Positions 36,601 to 50,487 are shown, counted from the whole stretch's first letter. The stretch: 62,189 nt of DNA, filler included, from Sphacelaria rigidula (GCA_964200075.2; 10 parts of 10 records of this genome joined end to end with filler, not necessarily neighbours in it), one strand, 5' to 3'. The notes: generated by a model from the letters alone, not told the origin. Translations and numbers: made by a program.

Positions 36601-37375
36601 ACGATATGTGAGACGCTGAGCCTCCAAAAACCATTTTTGTCCGACACAGGTGCTGTCTGTAAGACTGAGACGAGCATGACGTGGCGGTTGATTTTGGAGG
36701 GTCGTGACCGAACAGGATCAAGATCAACCCCTCGCTGCAAATCTCCCCGCTACGGGGGAAGGATGATGAATGCAGCACTCCTTCCCCGTGGCCTAGAAGC
36801 GGGGGGTGGAAAGACTTTGATTTGCAAGAATTGGGGGGGGGCTGATGCTGATCGTGTGTTTTGTCTGGAGGCGTTGAGCTGCTTTGCTCCACCGGTCACC
36901 GAGGGGGAATAAGGGGTAAAGTAGATGTAGTGAGTGTCTAGTTTGGCTTGATGACGTAGGAACTACTGTAGTATGGATTGGTGAATTTGATTTTTGAAAT
37001 TTGATTCTTGTACTGTAGGCAGCTGGCTGACTGTGAAGTGAATTTTGCAACATATGATCCGACTTTCGAAGGTTGTCAACTGCACTGTGCTGTGTGGGTT
37101 CATATATGTTACCTAGGAGCTTGGTCTCGCGTGCGTAGTGCAGGTTACTCGAATGCTAAGTACGACCACCCACGCTATTGTAAGGGGCATGGGCCAGTAC
37201 AGTTGAAGAATTTGACTTGCGTTTCGCTTGGATTGACCATCAGGAGCTACAGTGTGATAAAACACACAGCTCATCNNNNNNNNNNNNNNNNNNNNNNNNN
37301 NNNNNNNNNNNNNNNNNNNTTAATTAATTAANNNNNNNNNNNNNNNNNNNNNNNNNNNNNNNNNNNNNNNNNNNN

Positions 37376-37642
37376 ATTTTTCTCACACAATGCCCACCAG
37401 TGGAGAGCGACTATGTCGTGGGTACACAAAATTCGACTTGGCGGTCGACGAGGGAAAGGGACTGCTGAACCCCTCTCACGATAGAAGAAAGGCAAGCACC
37501 GTAGAAGGAAGGTGGAGAACTAAAAACAAATGAAGAGAACAAAACTCCTGTGTTAGCCTTCCTCCTGTGTGACCCCGGCTGGTGCTCCCACATATACCGA
37601 AAAGTGTAGGCCGGCGTCCAGAATAGATGGGACGACAACACA
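37376..37642 (+). mobile_element. SINE family 1, head cut off by the contig edge
   Basis: Body and tail match the copies at 15978 and 24013. Confidence 0.88.
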
Positions 37643-37922
37643 CCTGCTAGACGATTGGGACGCTTGTGATACTTTCATACGAACATATCTTACTGTTACA
37701 TCTTGGTATCCTCTGATATACTTCCTGAACGCGTACCGAAATCCGATAGAGTTCAAGTACAGTACATACAACACACTGAAGTCCGCAATACAACACCGAA
37801 AAATGCAGCACGCGTTGACCCTAAACTGGGGAGAAAGCACACGAGAAAATGGTCCATATGCAGTACTCCACGGGACGAAAAGAGGGCAACAACAGTACGG
37901 GAGCCACCAGGGCCACACCAGG

Positions 37923-37968
<46 letters not shown>

Positions 37969-39937
37969 ACCTCCCCCCCCCCCAAACACCCCGCGACCCC
38001 CCGACCCACAAACAGCCNNNNNNNNNNAAAGGCGCCCACAGAGACGCCCCAAGGGGACAAAAGAGGGGAAAAAAAGACGGGGGACCCCCCCGCCCCCCCC
38101 CGCCCCCCCCCCCCCCCCCCCCCCCGTCACCGCCTCCCCCAGTATGTCAACATGACCTCACGAGGGCAAGCGAAAGCAAACGCGTTCCTGAAGTGTGTGT
38201 ATGTCGCTCTCATGTGCTTGATCTCGGACAAGCCTGTTTCAAACACCAAACTCTGTAAGCGCATGGCGGGGTGATGGGCGACGGCAAAGAAAAAAAAAAC
38301 TTGTGGCCGGTTTCAACTTGTTCACCACCAACGATTTTCTGTTTCGAAAACCCGGCCTGACAGTCCCACGGTAATTTTGAGTATGGCAAATATATGCGTT
38401 ACAACCCTATTATGGCCCCTGGGCACTCATTCAGCTAGAAATACACACACTCTTGTTGTGGAACATGGCAAGTGCACCAATTCATGTCCATGGTTGTGTG
38501 GGCGGGTTGGAGTTCGGGATGAATCGGCATTACTCACTGACGCACTCGCGGCTGTGCCTCTCGAATGCGACATCAGCACAATGGATTGTAGAACCTTCCA
38601 CGCGTCGGACTGATCATGATCCGTCCGAAATACGTAATCAGAGGAATCTCTCCGATCCGTTGGTCCAAAAACACAAAATATATGATCGCGGGTTCAGAAC
38701 AGCAAAATCGCAACCCTTTCGCTTCTCAGCATGCTCGGTGTCCGGGGCTGTAGGGAGCAAACATGAGAAAGAGGGGCCAAATAATCTGGGTCACGGTCCG
38801 GATCAGCACACTGAGAGGAAACAACTTTCAGAGGGATCATGATCCGTCCGGCCCGTGGAACCTACGTACATACCGCACCACATGCGATGGTGACAGCGGT
38901 CGCCGCTCATGGTGGCCTCCACCCTGTACTGTACTGTACCGACTATGACACGGACATGTACGGCGTAACGGCCAGGCGGGGCCCAAGCACCTTTTTTACG
39001 TAGGTGTCGAGTCTTTCATCAGAACAATTATTCCGGACCCGCTAGAATACCCAGGTCAACAGAAGACCACCTGCACGACTGGACGCTACAAGGGCTAAAG
39101 ATGGGGTTACTTGGAAAATTTTGCCGTTCTTTCTCTTCATTTTCCACCTTCAATACATGGAGAAGCGGAAAGTTTCATTCATCACGGTTTTGGGCCGACG
39201 TCCTACAATCCACACCCCATCACACGGTGTCATGCCAGCAGCTCAAGCGCTCGAAAACATTACGGTCATCCAAGGGGTGGCGCATCTGTCATTCCACGCA
39301 CCATACCACCTGTTTGCAGGATAAGGGTTGAGTACGGGAGCAGGGAAGCAAAGCAGGGTTCAGATCAAGGTCTCATGAGGGGATGCTGAAGTCACGGTAG
39401 TATTTGTGCGAGAAATGCCGATACGTTGAATGAATGATTGATGCCACACTTGTGTACTGCATATTCAATTGTCTCGTTTTTTCTATGAACAAATGAAAAG
39501 GGGTGGCGGCTTCTATTCTGAGATCTGGTATCATCATTGTGATGAGCCACATGTCCCCCTCCCCCCCCTCCATGCCTTTTTTGGCGTCATAAAAAATTCT
39601 AGGCGAATACCAACAACACCATAAACCAGTACGGAGGTATTTGCAAGCGGCTGTATTAGCTGTAGGGCTGGCGTACAGTACACGGTGCACTCGTCAGGTG
39701 AACTGATATTTTTCTATAGCCTCCTGTAAGGTGCTGTGGGGTTTCCAGGCAACTCCAAGAATCAGCCACCTGACTGTTTTTCTAGATCCCCAGTCACTCC
39801 GATATTTCTGACTCGGTGTCAACCACACCCTGGACAATGGATTCCATCGTCAAGAAATGTACTGCGTACAGTATGGAATCTACTGTCTACTGCAATAGGC
39901 GCAATGGTCGATACTGTACGCAGTACACTTTTTGTCT

Positions 39938-40250
39938 GTGTGTGTGTGTGTGTTTTTCCTCACACTTTGAACCCCTCCCTTTCTCGGGATGAGTCCGTGG
40001 TCTCAAGGGATCAACCCATCTCTCCCCCAGTACGTGCCTTTCATTTTAATCTCGCGGATTGGATCAGCACTCCCGCACCGCGTCAGCTCACGTCACATGA
40101 AACCAGTCGGCTACTTCTGTTTACTCATGTTCTCACGCTTTCCACGGTGGAAATCATACATTACGAAGAAAAAACCCAACGCATCGGGAATCCAACCCCC
40201 GTTCTCTCCACCCTGATGGCGACAGTCGGACCATTACACCACCGGGGCGC
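39938..40250 (-). mobile_element. tRNA-derived SINE family 2 with (CA)n tail
   Basis: Minus strand reads cgccccggtggtgtaatggt (A box) ... ggttggattccc (B box) and ends in an (ac)n microsatellite. Confidence 0.75.
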
Positions 40251-40921
40251 GGCAAGCTATCATGCGGAAAATGACCACGGCCGGATCATGACTACCTGGG
40301 GATCAGTTGAAGTGCGAAAATCCATCGATCAATCATCCTATCAACCGAGTTCCTTCCTGTCCTCGTTATTCTTACTTCATTTTTTTTCCTTTCTGGTTGC
40401 TCCCTTTATTGTGATTTTAAATCTGTTTGTTGCCAAAGTCACACCTCAAAGGTCTGGAAGAGTCCGGCACCTGAGCACACCGGTTGATAGTTCATGTTTG
40501 CGTTCTGACCCCTTGTCTGCAAGCTATGTCATGTACCCTATCTGACGAATAATGTCAAGTGTGCACTCCCTGTGTTGTAAGATCCTTGATCCCTGCGACC
40601 CCCCCCCCCCCCTTTACCTCCGCCCTGTTAGCCTTCTACTTTTTTTTTTTATTTNNNNNNNNNNCCTTACTTGACGACGAATGTCAAGTGTCCCGTCCTT
40701 TTTTTTTAAATTCATTGTTCCCTTTGCCCCCCCCCCCCCATTAGGCTCTCACCGGTTATGCTTTTATCGTTTTTTTTAATGCTCAAGTCGATATAAAGTA
40801 CCCAACTAGCATATTCGGTAAGAGTGTAACCCCCACCCCGCCCCTTTCCCTTGTGCGCTCACCTTGTTGCCATTATATTTTTCGCTCACTATTTTTTCTT
40901 TTTCTCACACGTTGCGTCCAG

Positions 40922-41095
40922 GAATACTTCGACTCGAAGCGAACGTTGACAGAGAAGGTTCTCGCAGCGGCGGAGGCGACCCATGGATCGTCGGGCTCAA
41001 GCGGCTTGTTCAGCTTCGGTGACCGGAATCGAGAGAATCAGAAGGCGAAGATATTGGCCAAGTTCAGCACGCCGCACAAGCGCTATGAGAAAAAG
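40922..41095 (+). CDS. Orphan internal exon of an unknown protein (EYFDSKRTLTEK...PHKRYEKK)
   Basis: Polypyrimidine tract plus ccag| acceptor, aag|gtac donor, 174 bp phase 0, GC-rich codons. Confidence 0.7.
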
Positions 41096-41291
41096 GTACC
41101 GAGGATGTATTTCGACTTGAGTGATTGATTGTCGCACTTTAACCGACCCCCAGGAGTCCTGCCGTGGTCACTTGATCGACGTACCCTGAGAAAAAACAAA
41201 ACTGGCACACTCGCTGAAGAAAAAGAAGGAACAGAAAATAGTCCGAACAGAACGACATGGTAGACTCAGACGTGAAACGAAAAATAATGAA

Positions 41292-41517
41292 AGGGTGTTG
41301 GGTAGGATATTACTTACATTTCGATGTTTTTGAAGAATCGTGCTCCAATTGCCGAAAACTTGAGGTTGGGTGTTGAGGTCGTACTCAACATCACCCAGGT
41401 ACTGGGTAGAGTATCGCGATTTTACCCAATAATGGGTCAAGTTTGGAGATCGTACCATCGTAACACAAGATTATGGAGGGTGAGTACCCGGGTATTTACC
41501 CTATCCAACCACACCCT
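41292..41517. mobile_element. MITE with AGGGTG termini and 4-bp TGAA TSD (Kolobok-like)
   Basis: agggtgttgggtagg / cctatccaaccacaccct, with tgaa on both sides. Confidence 0.7.
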
Positions 41518-43705
41518 TGAACTTGAGTGCAGCAGAGAAGGTTACCCTGTCCTCATCGGATACGTCGTGGTGTTGAGTGATGATGCTTTTCGGAACACAA
41601 TTTTACCCCTAATTTTCGGGATGAACTTTGGACGTGCGGTGCCACCAGGGCATATCCATTTTGTTTACCCTTCGCCTTGTATTCTTGCAAGTGCTTGGAA
41701 TAAAGTAATCAAGAGGCCGTGAAAGGTATATGTTACCCCTGTTTTCAAGTCTTGTTGAGAGATGTAGTAAAGTTGATGTCCTGTGACGATCCTTCGCGAA
41801 GCAGTTTCTTTCATGTCCTGCTCCAGTCATATTCGGACCTTCAACCGGGGGGCGTATCGGCCCTTTGACCAAAGCATCCCCTTTTTTTGTAGATCTCTCA
41901 AGTAGTCTCGATCGAAGGAACTCACAAAATGCACGTTTACTCCTCCTGGTAGACGTGGGATCTCGAGTTGCTTGTACAATTCAAATTGTATGGGAGTCTC
42001 TTTCATTAACGACTGAATTGAATTACTGACTGATTGTTGACGGATGGATCGACTGTTGATTATTGATTGATTCATTGATTGATTCATTGATTACGGTACA
42101 TCGATTGTCCCGCCACGCGCCCAGCCCGGCGTCACCTGGATGGACCTATTTCACGTAAGATGCAGGAACCTGATCGCGTAGAGGAAAACTGGAGAAAAAA
42201 AAGAAGGTCCAACGACAGCGGAGGCCAGCCCCCATGTATGCAACCAACAAGAGGATGCACAGCAGAGGTTTCGTCTTTGTATATCCGGCGCTTCCTGGTT
42301 CAGTATCCGAATATCTTTCTGTCCTTTATGTTTGACGACGAGTCTTTTTTTTCTTCAACCCTGTGGTGGCCGTTTTTCCGCGTGAATGTATGTAAATACC
42401 CCTGTCTTTTGTGTGTGTGTTTTTTCGGGTGGGACTAGGCTTCTACTTGTTATGCTAGTACGGGTTACTGATAAAATCGTTTATCTTGAAAATAATGATG
42501 GGTCACATGCACATAGAACTCGCCCGTACTAGCATAATAAGTGGGAGCATAGGTGGGGCACATGAATTTCCCCCGAGAACTGTCGCTTGTCTGTGTGTTT
42601 CATCTTGTGGTCGCTCCGCTCAGTTGGCCTTGGGAGGTTGTGGAAATTCACCCGCGAATCCCACGCGTTAAAATCGAAACATCACCCGACCAAACCCGCG
42701 GGGCGTAACCCGCTTCCCGCCCACCCAGACACAGACCTGGGGATTTAATGTACATAATTTTCAACATGAGCATCAAACCCGATTATTCGAGGGGGTGTTA
42801 TTATTCTTTCAGAGAATGTATACATGGACCCGGCCCGCGCAAAAGGATCATGAACACAGCCTGCATGATTTCTGTGGTGGTGCACTCGTGCTCCGTCGGT
42901 TTCCAGTTTTGTGTAGTACGTGATGATTTCTCACGACCTCGCTCTCAATTGATTCACGCTTGGTCGTTTTGCGCGTTTTTGTCATGGCGTGCCGTGTGTC
43001 CTGTGTGCTAATCCCCCCACCCACCTCCCCCGATGAGGTTGGCGTCGGTATGGAACGACGCTGTAAAACACGCCAGTCACTGCGTAAGCTAGGCAACCGG
43101 GTCACCGATTTTGGTTTGCGCTCTTGCGTTTTGGTTTGCGGTAACGATGATGGTAGTCGAACTAGATCATGTTGTGGGGCGTGGGAGAACCTCAACTCTA
43201 TACAGTGGGGATGGTCGTACTACGCAGCGTTCAAGTGGTGAAACACCCATGAGGCAGTGTATGAGACGTGGCTGTCTCTGGAAGTGGCGATACCAGAAAA
43301 TAAAGCGACTCGTTGGAGGCTGTCATCCAAATGCAAGATAATCAGTAGGCGTCGGGCCGAGCAATATTTGCAGGATGCAGCTCACTCTTTATGCCACTCG
43401 CCGAACACACTACGGCGCTTCGCGCTTGGTGATTGAGCGCAAGCCTGGTCCGGCGAACACCCGGCGTGCTCCGCCCCGGCTTTGTAGGGATGCGAGGTCA
43501 ATGGNNNNNNNNNNNNNNNNNNNNNNNNNNNNNNNNNNNNNNNNNNNNTTAATTAATTAANNNNNNNNNNNNNNNNNNNNNNNNNNNNNNNNNNNNNNNN
43601 NNNNTCCTCATCTCGGAGTTAAACCTCAATTCGCACAATTTGTTGTTAGGTGTGATTCGTGGAGTTCGAGAAGGTTCAGAAGCCTTAGATTAGGTCCGCT
43701 CGGGA

Positions 43706-46700
43706 ATGTCGACTACAGAGGTACCGGCAATAGAGCCAGCGGAGACGACTGTAACCCCAGTTGTTCTGAGAGAAGAGTTGCGGCCTCCCAGTTACGCGAA
43801 TTTGTATTCTGAGTGCGCTTCTCGTTCGTTTTATACGAAATACGTGGAGTACAAGAAGCGGGTGGAGCATGCGAATGTGGGGGGTGCGGTAAGGCATCAG
43901 GTGGTTTCCATGGTGCAACTCATGCCTACCCCCCTCCAACGCGTATTTGCGAAAATATTTCATGAGAAGCACACAATTACGCCGCTGCCATTGACTGCAG
44001 CGATCAAGAAACCTGCAGGGCATGCGGCGGGCGCTGAGGTAGAGCTGACCCAGGCGTCCGCGGCCGTGGCGAAGGCTGTCGCCATGAACCACAAGGAGAA
44101 GACCATGCGTGAGAGGGTAGAGCCAATCATGGGAAAGTTGGAGACATACTTTTCGGAGAATCCCAACGTCGAGATGGTTTATCGTTCCTCCGATGGAAAA
44201 TTCCATCCAGGGCCCGCTGCGATGATCACGAAAGCGATGGTGGAGGGTCTGGCACCGGCGGAATTCAAACAGGCCGTGCTTGTGCAATTACAGCACGAAA
44301 CCAATTGGAAGTCAGACCCGTACTTAGTTATCGATACCGTGGTGGCTGAGGCTTAGGCATGGCGGAAGATTGAAGTATTCGGGAAATCACCCACTTCGTC
44401 GCCGCAGTCTTCGAGCTCGCGTAAGCGTGGATCAAAATCCGCAGGCAGTGTCGCCGCCAATATCAGTGTCTTGCTTTCAGTGTGGCCAGGTAGGCCACTA
44501 CGCACGCAAGTGCCCAACGCCTTCCGAGGGGGAGTCTGAGCAGACGAGTGCCGCGCGCCCTCGCAATCACAAAGGAGGAAAAGGTAATCGGGGTGGTGGC
44601 GGAGGCGGATCCTCCAGCGGTGGAGGTGTACAGTCGAGTTCCCAGCAGCAGCAGCAGCAGCAGCAGCAGGGGCAGCAGGGGCAGCGGCGTCAGCAGAGTT
44701 CCGGTTCTGGGTCCGGCTCAGCCGCAGGGGCTGCTGCCCCGCAACGGGCGGTGCAGGTGGGACCAACCACTCTAATGTCGGGTTCGGTGCCAGCGCCGCT
44801 GGCAGCAGAGCAAGGCGAGACGCCTGCTGCTGAACCGGCCGGATTTCAGCTGAAATTTGGATCCGCTGCTGCGTCGGCCGGAGTACCGCTGAAAATTGGT
44901 TCTGCGGGCGGGGTTTCGTACCCGATGGTGGTGCCAGTGACCCCAGCGGGGGCGTCTATGCCTGCGCCGCACGTGCAGCCGTGGCGCCAAGTGGGGATCA
45001 CGGCAAATCAGTCGGCGGAGCAGGTGCTGGTCGAGGATCGAGAAAAATATGTTCCTGCAGAGTTATATCTCCCAAATCAACGGGCGCGGGGAGCCATATC
45101 GGTCAACGCCGTGTTGAATGCAGGCGCCCATTTCACGAGCGTGTCGGTGCTGACTGTGAAGATGCTGGAGCGTCTACTCTCTAGTGAGCAAATCAGCATT
45201 CCGTTCTCGCTCGGGGCGCGGCAGGCTATCACCGCATCGGGGCAACGTATAAATGTCACGGAGTGTACGATTCCCCTACTGTTGGCGTTCAGGACTACCT
45301 GGGGGCCAGCGATATGACCCCCGATATCGTTTGCGATCATGGTGGGGACGGATGGTGTCGTTCTGTTGGGCTTACCGACGCTTGGGGGACTCGGAGTCGA
45401 TCCGTATGTTCGGCTGTTGGAGTCCCTCAAAACGCAAATGCCGTCGCCCGGTTTGAGTGTCGAGACGCCTGCTTTTTCGGGCAGTCGCAGAGTGAGCTTA
45501 TCGGTTGATGCTTTCCAGAAGGCGGGGGGGCAGGTGCCCGAAGAGCGGGATGCGGCGGTGGAACGGTCGGTAGAGCGCAGCCCGAAGATGTTAGTGATTC
45601 CGGCGGAAGAGGAGTCCGCTCGGAAGGTCGTGCTGGAGAATAGCGTGCGGGATGCTGGGGCGACAGGCCTCAGCATCTCAAAAGCGGAGCGCCTGCGCGG
45701 TATATTGCATTGCCACGTCAACGCGTTTCGTCGTGCGATGCGGGGTGATCCCCCTGCGCGCGTGGAGCCCATGCGTGTTCAGCTAAAACCTGGGGCGTCC
45801 GCGGTGAAGACGAAGCCGCGACGGTACGATCCAGTGAAGTCGAGTTGGTTGGCGTTGTGCATGGCGGCTCTTTTGGCGCTCGGATTGGTGTTACGGAGTT
45901 TGCAGGCGGGGTGGTCAAGTCCAGATATGGCGTGTCCGAAGAAGGCTGTATCGTGGGCGGAGGGCAGGCTGGAGGCGTGGGCGACAGCGATGGATCTGGT
46001 GGCTCATGCCGTGACGCTGCTCTATCTTCGTCCTGATTGCCAGGTGTCAATATTTCCGGATGTATTTGAGTGCCATTGGGGTAGTTTGGTCATGCAGGTG
46101 CCTACAGTTGGAATTGAAATGCCTGTGTGCGCTGTGGCTGTGTATAATCCGTGTGAACCTCATGACTCGGTCCCGTCCAAATCTGTTGTCCGCCAAGTGC
46201 AACAAGAAGACCTTGGGGCCGAAGATGCGGATGTGCAATCTTCCGAGTCGGACGTTGGTTCTGCTGTCGTGGACAATGAACGTCTGTTTCGTGTGCATGT
46301 GCGTGGCCGAAACGTTTTGTGGATTCCGAGTTCTGACAAGCAGTTGCAGGTACGCCTGAAAATTTGCGCGCACATGCGCGACGCCGGGCATCGTGGTGTA
46401 GCTGCGACGCTCGTGCGCTTGCAAGAGTTTTGTGTCTGACAGGGGATAGAACCTCATGTGCGCGAATTTGTCCATCAGTATCTCCGCTGTGCTGACTCGA
46501 GGGCGGCGATGTCGTTCCCCGCCCGCTCGGTGAAACGGTCCACGGGACCACGCCGAATGAAGTCGTTCATTTTGACTTCTTGTACGTGGGCGAGAATAGC
46601 CCACTAGCTTCCCAAGGTTTGTCGGAGGATGCTGCGTTCCAATACATTTTGGTAATCATGGATGATTTGGGCGACTTTTTGGCTCTGGAACCAGTAGCAG

Positions 46701-47723
46701 TGTGTACTACTGAATCGAGTGCTGCGTCTTTGCTGAATTGGTGCAAAAATTTGGGGGTACCGCGTGTGTGGGTGAGTGATACCGCCACGCATTTCAAGAA
46801 TGCGATCTTGGCCCGATTGCGAGAGGCTTTGCGCGTTGATCACCAGTTTGCGGAGCGTTTTCTCCGTGGTCTAACAGTACATGTCACCGCATGGTCAAGG
46901 AAGTATTTCGTGCTGTTCGATCTATTCTTCTCGAGAAGCGTCGAGAAGTGATCGAGTGGGTGGATGTGTTGCCCGCTGTACAACGGGCGCTAAATACAGC
47001 ATATTGCCGTCGGTACGGTAGTACGCTGTATCACGTGATGTTTGGTCGTGCCCCTCGGACGTCTGTCTCGGTGTTGGCGTCCTCATCAACGGGGGAGTGG
47101 AACTGTGATGTCTTAGACGATGCGCAACTTAAGCGTGCATTGCAAGGAGTTTGGAGTTGCAGGAAAGTTTCCACGTTCAAGTGTAGGAGCGTGTTGCCGC
47201 TGAACGTGCGCGTAGACGTGAGGGGTCTTCGTCGGGGCTGGAGTTGCCGAATTTCGAGATAGGCGGTTATGTTTTGTATGCACGCGTGCGTCGCCCGGGA
47301 GTTACACCTAAATTGATGGCGACGTGGACTGGTCCGTGGAGCGTGGTTGGTGCTCATCACCCGCATGTGTTTAAGATCCAAAACATTGTTTCGGGTCGGG
47401 TTCAGACCGCCCATGTAGCTTGTCTGCGTGTTTATGCAGACTCACAGCTTGATGTAACGGCAGACGTGAGGCATGTGTTTCAGCACGCTTTCAACCAGGA
47501 GCAATTTCAGATGGCTGGGGTTGTTCGCGTGGCAGAGGCAGAGGATCGCTTGTTGATCGTGTTGGTCGACTGGGTTGGTTTTGAAGTCGAGGAGCGTACG
47601 TGGGAGCTTTTGAAAAACAACTTTGAGGCCGCCCCGGAATTTCTCAAAGAGGAGTTGCGTAAGGTGCGGATGACTCGTTCCATTGCTGCTCGCATTACGC
47701 GTGAGTTTGGTATTCAGTTGTAA
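43706..47723 (+). mobile_element. Ty3/Gypsy LTR retrotransposon internal region with chromodomain; disabled, RT core deleted
   Basis: gag with CFQCGQVGHYARKC knuckle; protease VLNAGA (D changed to N); RT start WSSP fused to the connection/RNase H start; integrase HMRDAGH, HFDFLY, WVSDTATHFKN and TW.GPW; chromodomain LVDWVGFEVEERTWE. Confidence 0.93.
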
Positions 47724-47779
47724 CTTGTGTTCCGACAATCGATGATGGTCTCGGTAACTCATCGTTCAATAACTAGGGC

Positions 47780-49733
47780 TCATAGCCCAGGCGTGTTGGC
47801 ATGAAAGTGGAGAACAAATGGAGTGGCCCTCGAAGGGATCACCAACTCTCAGCTACAAAGCCGAGAACCACACAACAAGCCAATCTCCCGCGGGCTAGAG
47901 AAATGTCCCGCTCAATACCCATACATGTGAGAAACTTCCAGATGAAACTTCCCACCAAATATCCGACCATGATATTGTGCATATTCCCCGGAAGATATGG
48001 TTGTAACTGACCGAAATATCAATACCCTCCCTTTGGCGACTACTACAACAGTCCCTTGATACACCGGGTAACGTTTTCAACCGCGCTGTGGTCTACTCTG
48101 CAAACACTCTCGTCGCGATAGTTGCGGAGTTTTCCCTCATGCTTGAGTTATCACGAAGTCACTCTCGAAATCAACCAAAAACATTAAACTAGATACTGTA
48201 CCAAGCATTCACTGTCAAGTAACATTTGAATGTCGAAACAAAGCATCACTTCTCTACAAATGATGAAGACAGTAACGCGCCCGGTACTGCTCGGAAAAAT
48301 CCAAACAACCTACATGCTGTCAACACCACGAGCGGGACATATATCTACATCTGATAGAGCACTCATGTACTAATCAGGTTTCGGAGCAAAACATGAGGAA
48401 CAAGAAAAACCTCGTTCGAAGGATACGTCCCCCCCTCTCCTGCACTACCCCACGCAAATACCGTAGCCAACAAGAAAAACACGACCTTTCGAAGGGTACT
48501 CCTCTGCCTACTCTGTTCTTGAAGCCTTCCACTCTTCACCGCAAGGGAAAAACACGAATCCCAACAGTTCAAAATATGGATATCTACTTCACTCGAGACT
48601 ATCTCCATTTTGATTGCTACTTCACTACTAGCTACCAACCAAGGTGAAACAGGTCGTCCGCCTAGCCGTTCATGAGTACGGATTTGCACTCGCATGTCAT
48701 ACAGAAACAAGCAAGCTTCGGGGAAATAACACCAGTGTTCTGCGAATTCTCATTCCCAAAGTCACCAAATTGCAACTCAATATAAATGGGATAATTTCAC
48801 AACTGAAAACTGGTATAATCCAAAGTCACTCATGAGTTCCCCGTGAAACAAGGCTAAAGCAGATAAAAACATGTGCGCAGTGCTACCTCAACGTGTTTGC
48901 TACATCACGGCCCGCACACACACGTCTGCAAAGTATGGGCCTACGTCACAGAAAATTTTGCATCAGGTTTCTTTCATGACCCTGCGCAGTTCTCGAATTT
49001 CTTTCCACGTCCGGCCTTGAGTCAAATACAGTACTCCTTCACCACTCGCGCATGACTAATCTCAGCAAAACCACACTGCTCAAAATGTACTAATCCCGTT
49101 AACTCAAACTTGAAACTTGAAAAGGACATTTCAGAACAAACAACGTGTACGCACCACTAGCCCTGCCCAATTAGACACTACCCACTGAGGGAGACCTGGA
49201 TTTTGTAGATTCGACAGCCCAGCAATCATCATTTTTCAAGAACTGAATACTTCCTCATAGCGCACGTCAAACGATCTCAACAAGCTGTATATGAATCAAC
49301 AGAACCTTCGTATCAGTCTACTGTCAATGCCAGGACCATCAATTCTCCGAACGTGAAAATAACAGTATTCAAACTACACCTGCAGCTTAGAATATGAAAC
49401 TCGAAAGCCGTCAACATAATGCAGAAAACAACACTAGTGCTCAATCAAGAGAGACATTGCAACAAACGCATACTATACCCCACACGACATCATTGCCGCT
49501 TGAAGTAACTAACATAATCATGTTCGCGCTTGTGGTCATGGGTACGTCAGGAACTTTCCCCCCCCAGTCCCTGCAAAAGCAGGATCAGGAAAAGAGAGTA
49601 GACCGATGGACACGAGTACTGCGTAAACACATTTTAACAACAAATTGTGCGAATTGAGGTTTAACTTTGAGATGAGGTTCAAGCCTAAAACAGTGCTTTC
49701 CTCACACTTTCAGCGATGATGCCCAATGACGTT
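47780..49733 (-). mobile_element. Degenerate, internally deleted Copia-like element with its LTR end at 49637-49733
   Basis: Minus ORF 48363-48710 SRQRSTLRKVVFFLLATVFAWGSAG resembles Copia RNase H DRRSVSG..VSWxS. The LTR end is an inverted copy of 43605-43647. Confidence 0.5.
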
Positions 49734-50417
49734 NNNNNNNNNNNNNNNNNNNNNNNNNNNNNNNNNNNNNNNNNNNNTTAATTAATTAANNNNNNNNNNN
49801 NNNNNNNNNNNNNNNNNNNNNNNNNNNNNNNNNTTGCTTCATTTTCTGGTATCGCCACTTCCAGATACAGCCACGGCTTATACACTGCCTCATGGGTGCC
49901 TCACCATCAGCCGGGGCGGGGGGGACAAATTGACTGGGCAAGAACGATTCCCGATGGCGTTAGCGCAGTATGTTCCGTGCCGATAAGCACAAAAGACAAG
50001 GACTAAAACCGTGGTGGTACTGTTACGCCCGTAAATGGGGCCCGATTTTGGGCACCATGTATCGGGAAAATGGACCGACCAACTCCACAGTCAGTTGAAT
50101 GCTGAAGAAATGAAACCTAAAGGAGCCAATCAGTATCAATCACAAGTACACGCGTCACTCGAAATGATGACCACGCTCATACAAAATGTACTATTACTAC
50201 AGTACATTCAATAACAAACCTGTGACTGACATTGCTGTATACCTGTACACAGGGTTACAACAGCAGGAGGATAGAAGCTGCTTCTCATGTTGTGGTTGTG
50301 CCCCTCTTGTTGCAGTGTGTTGTTGCGCCTAACTTTCAACGCGGCAACCAAAGCAGAGAATTGAACTACGGTTTGATGCGTGCACTTCCCACACACCGGA
50401 ACTATGGACTAAAGGGG

Positions 50418-50487
50418 GGGGGCGTACTCATTTGTTGCTTGCCTTAGTCGTTTGACCATTGACCACGCATCCCTTTCGAGACGGAGC
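50418..50487 (-). repeat. About 70-bp transposon terminus gctccgtctcgaaagggatgcgtgg...gagtacgccc (also 4-72 and 12460-12530)
   Basis: Three near-identical copies on three contigs. Confidence 0.9.

Noticed and set aside
37553..38274. Poly-Pro / poly-Gly ORFs
   Set aside because: Produced by poly-C runs next to an N gap; low-quality sequence.
39736..40545. 269-aa ORF
   Set aside because: Largely the antisense of SINE family 2 plus a MITE fragment.
44354..44356. Programmed stop-codon readthrough in Gypsy gag
   Set aside because: The element has several other stops and frameshifts and a mutated protease Asp, so simple decay is the simpler explanation.
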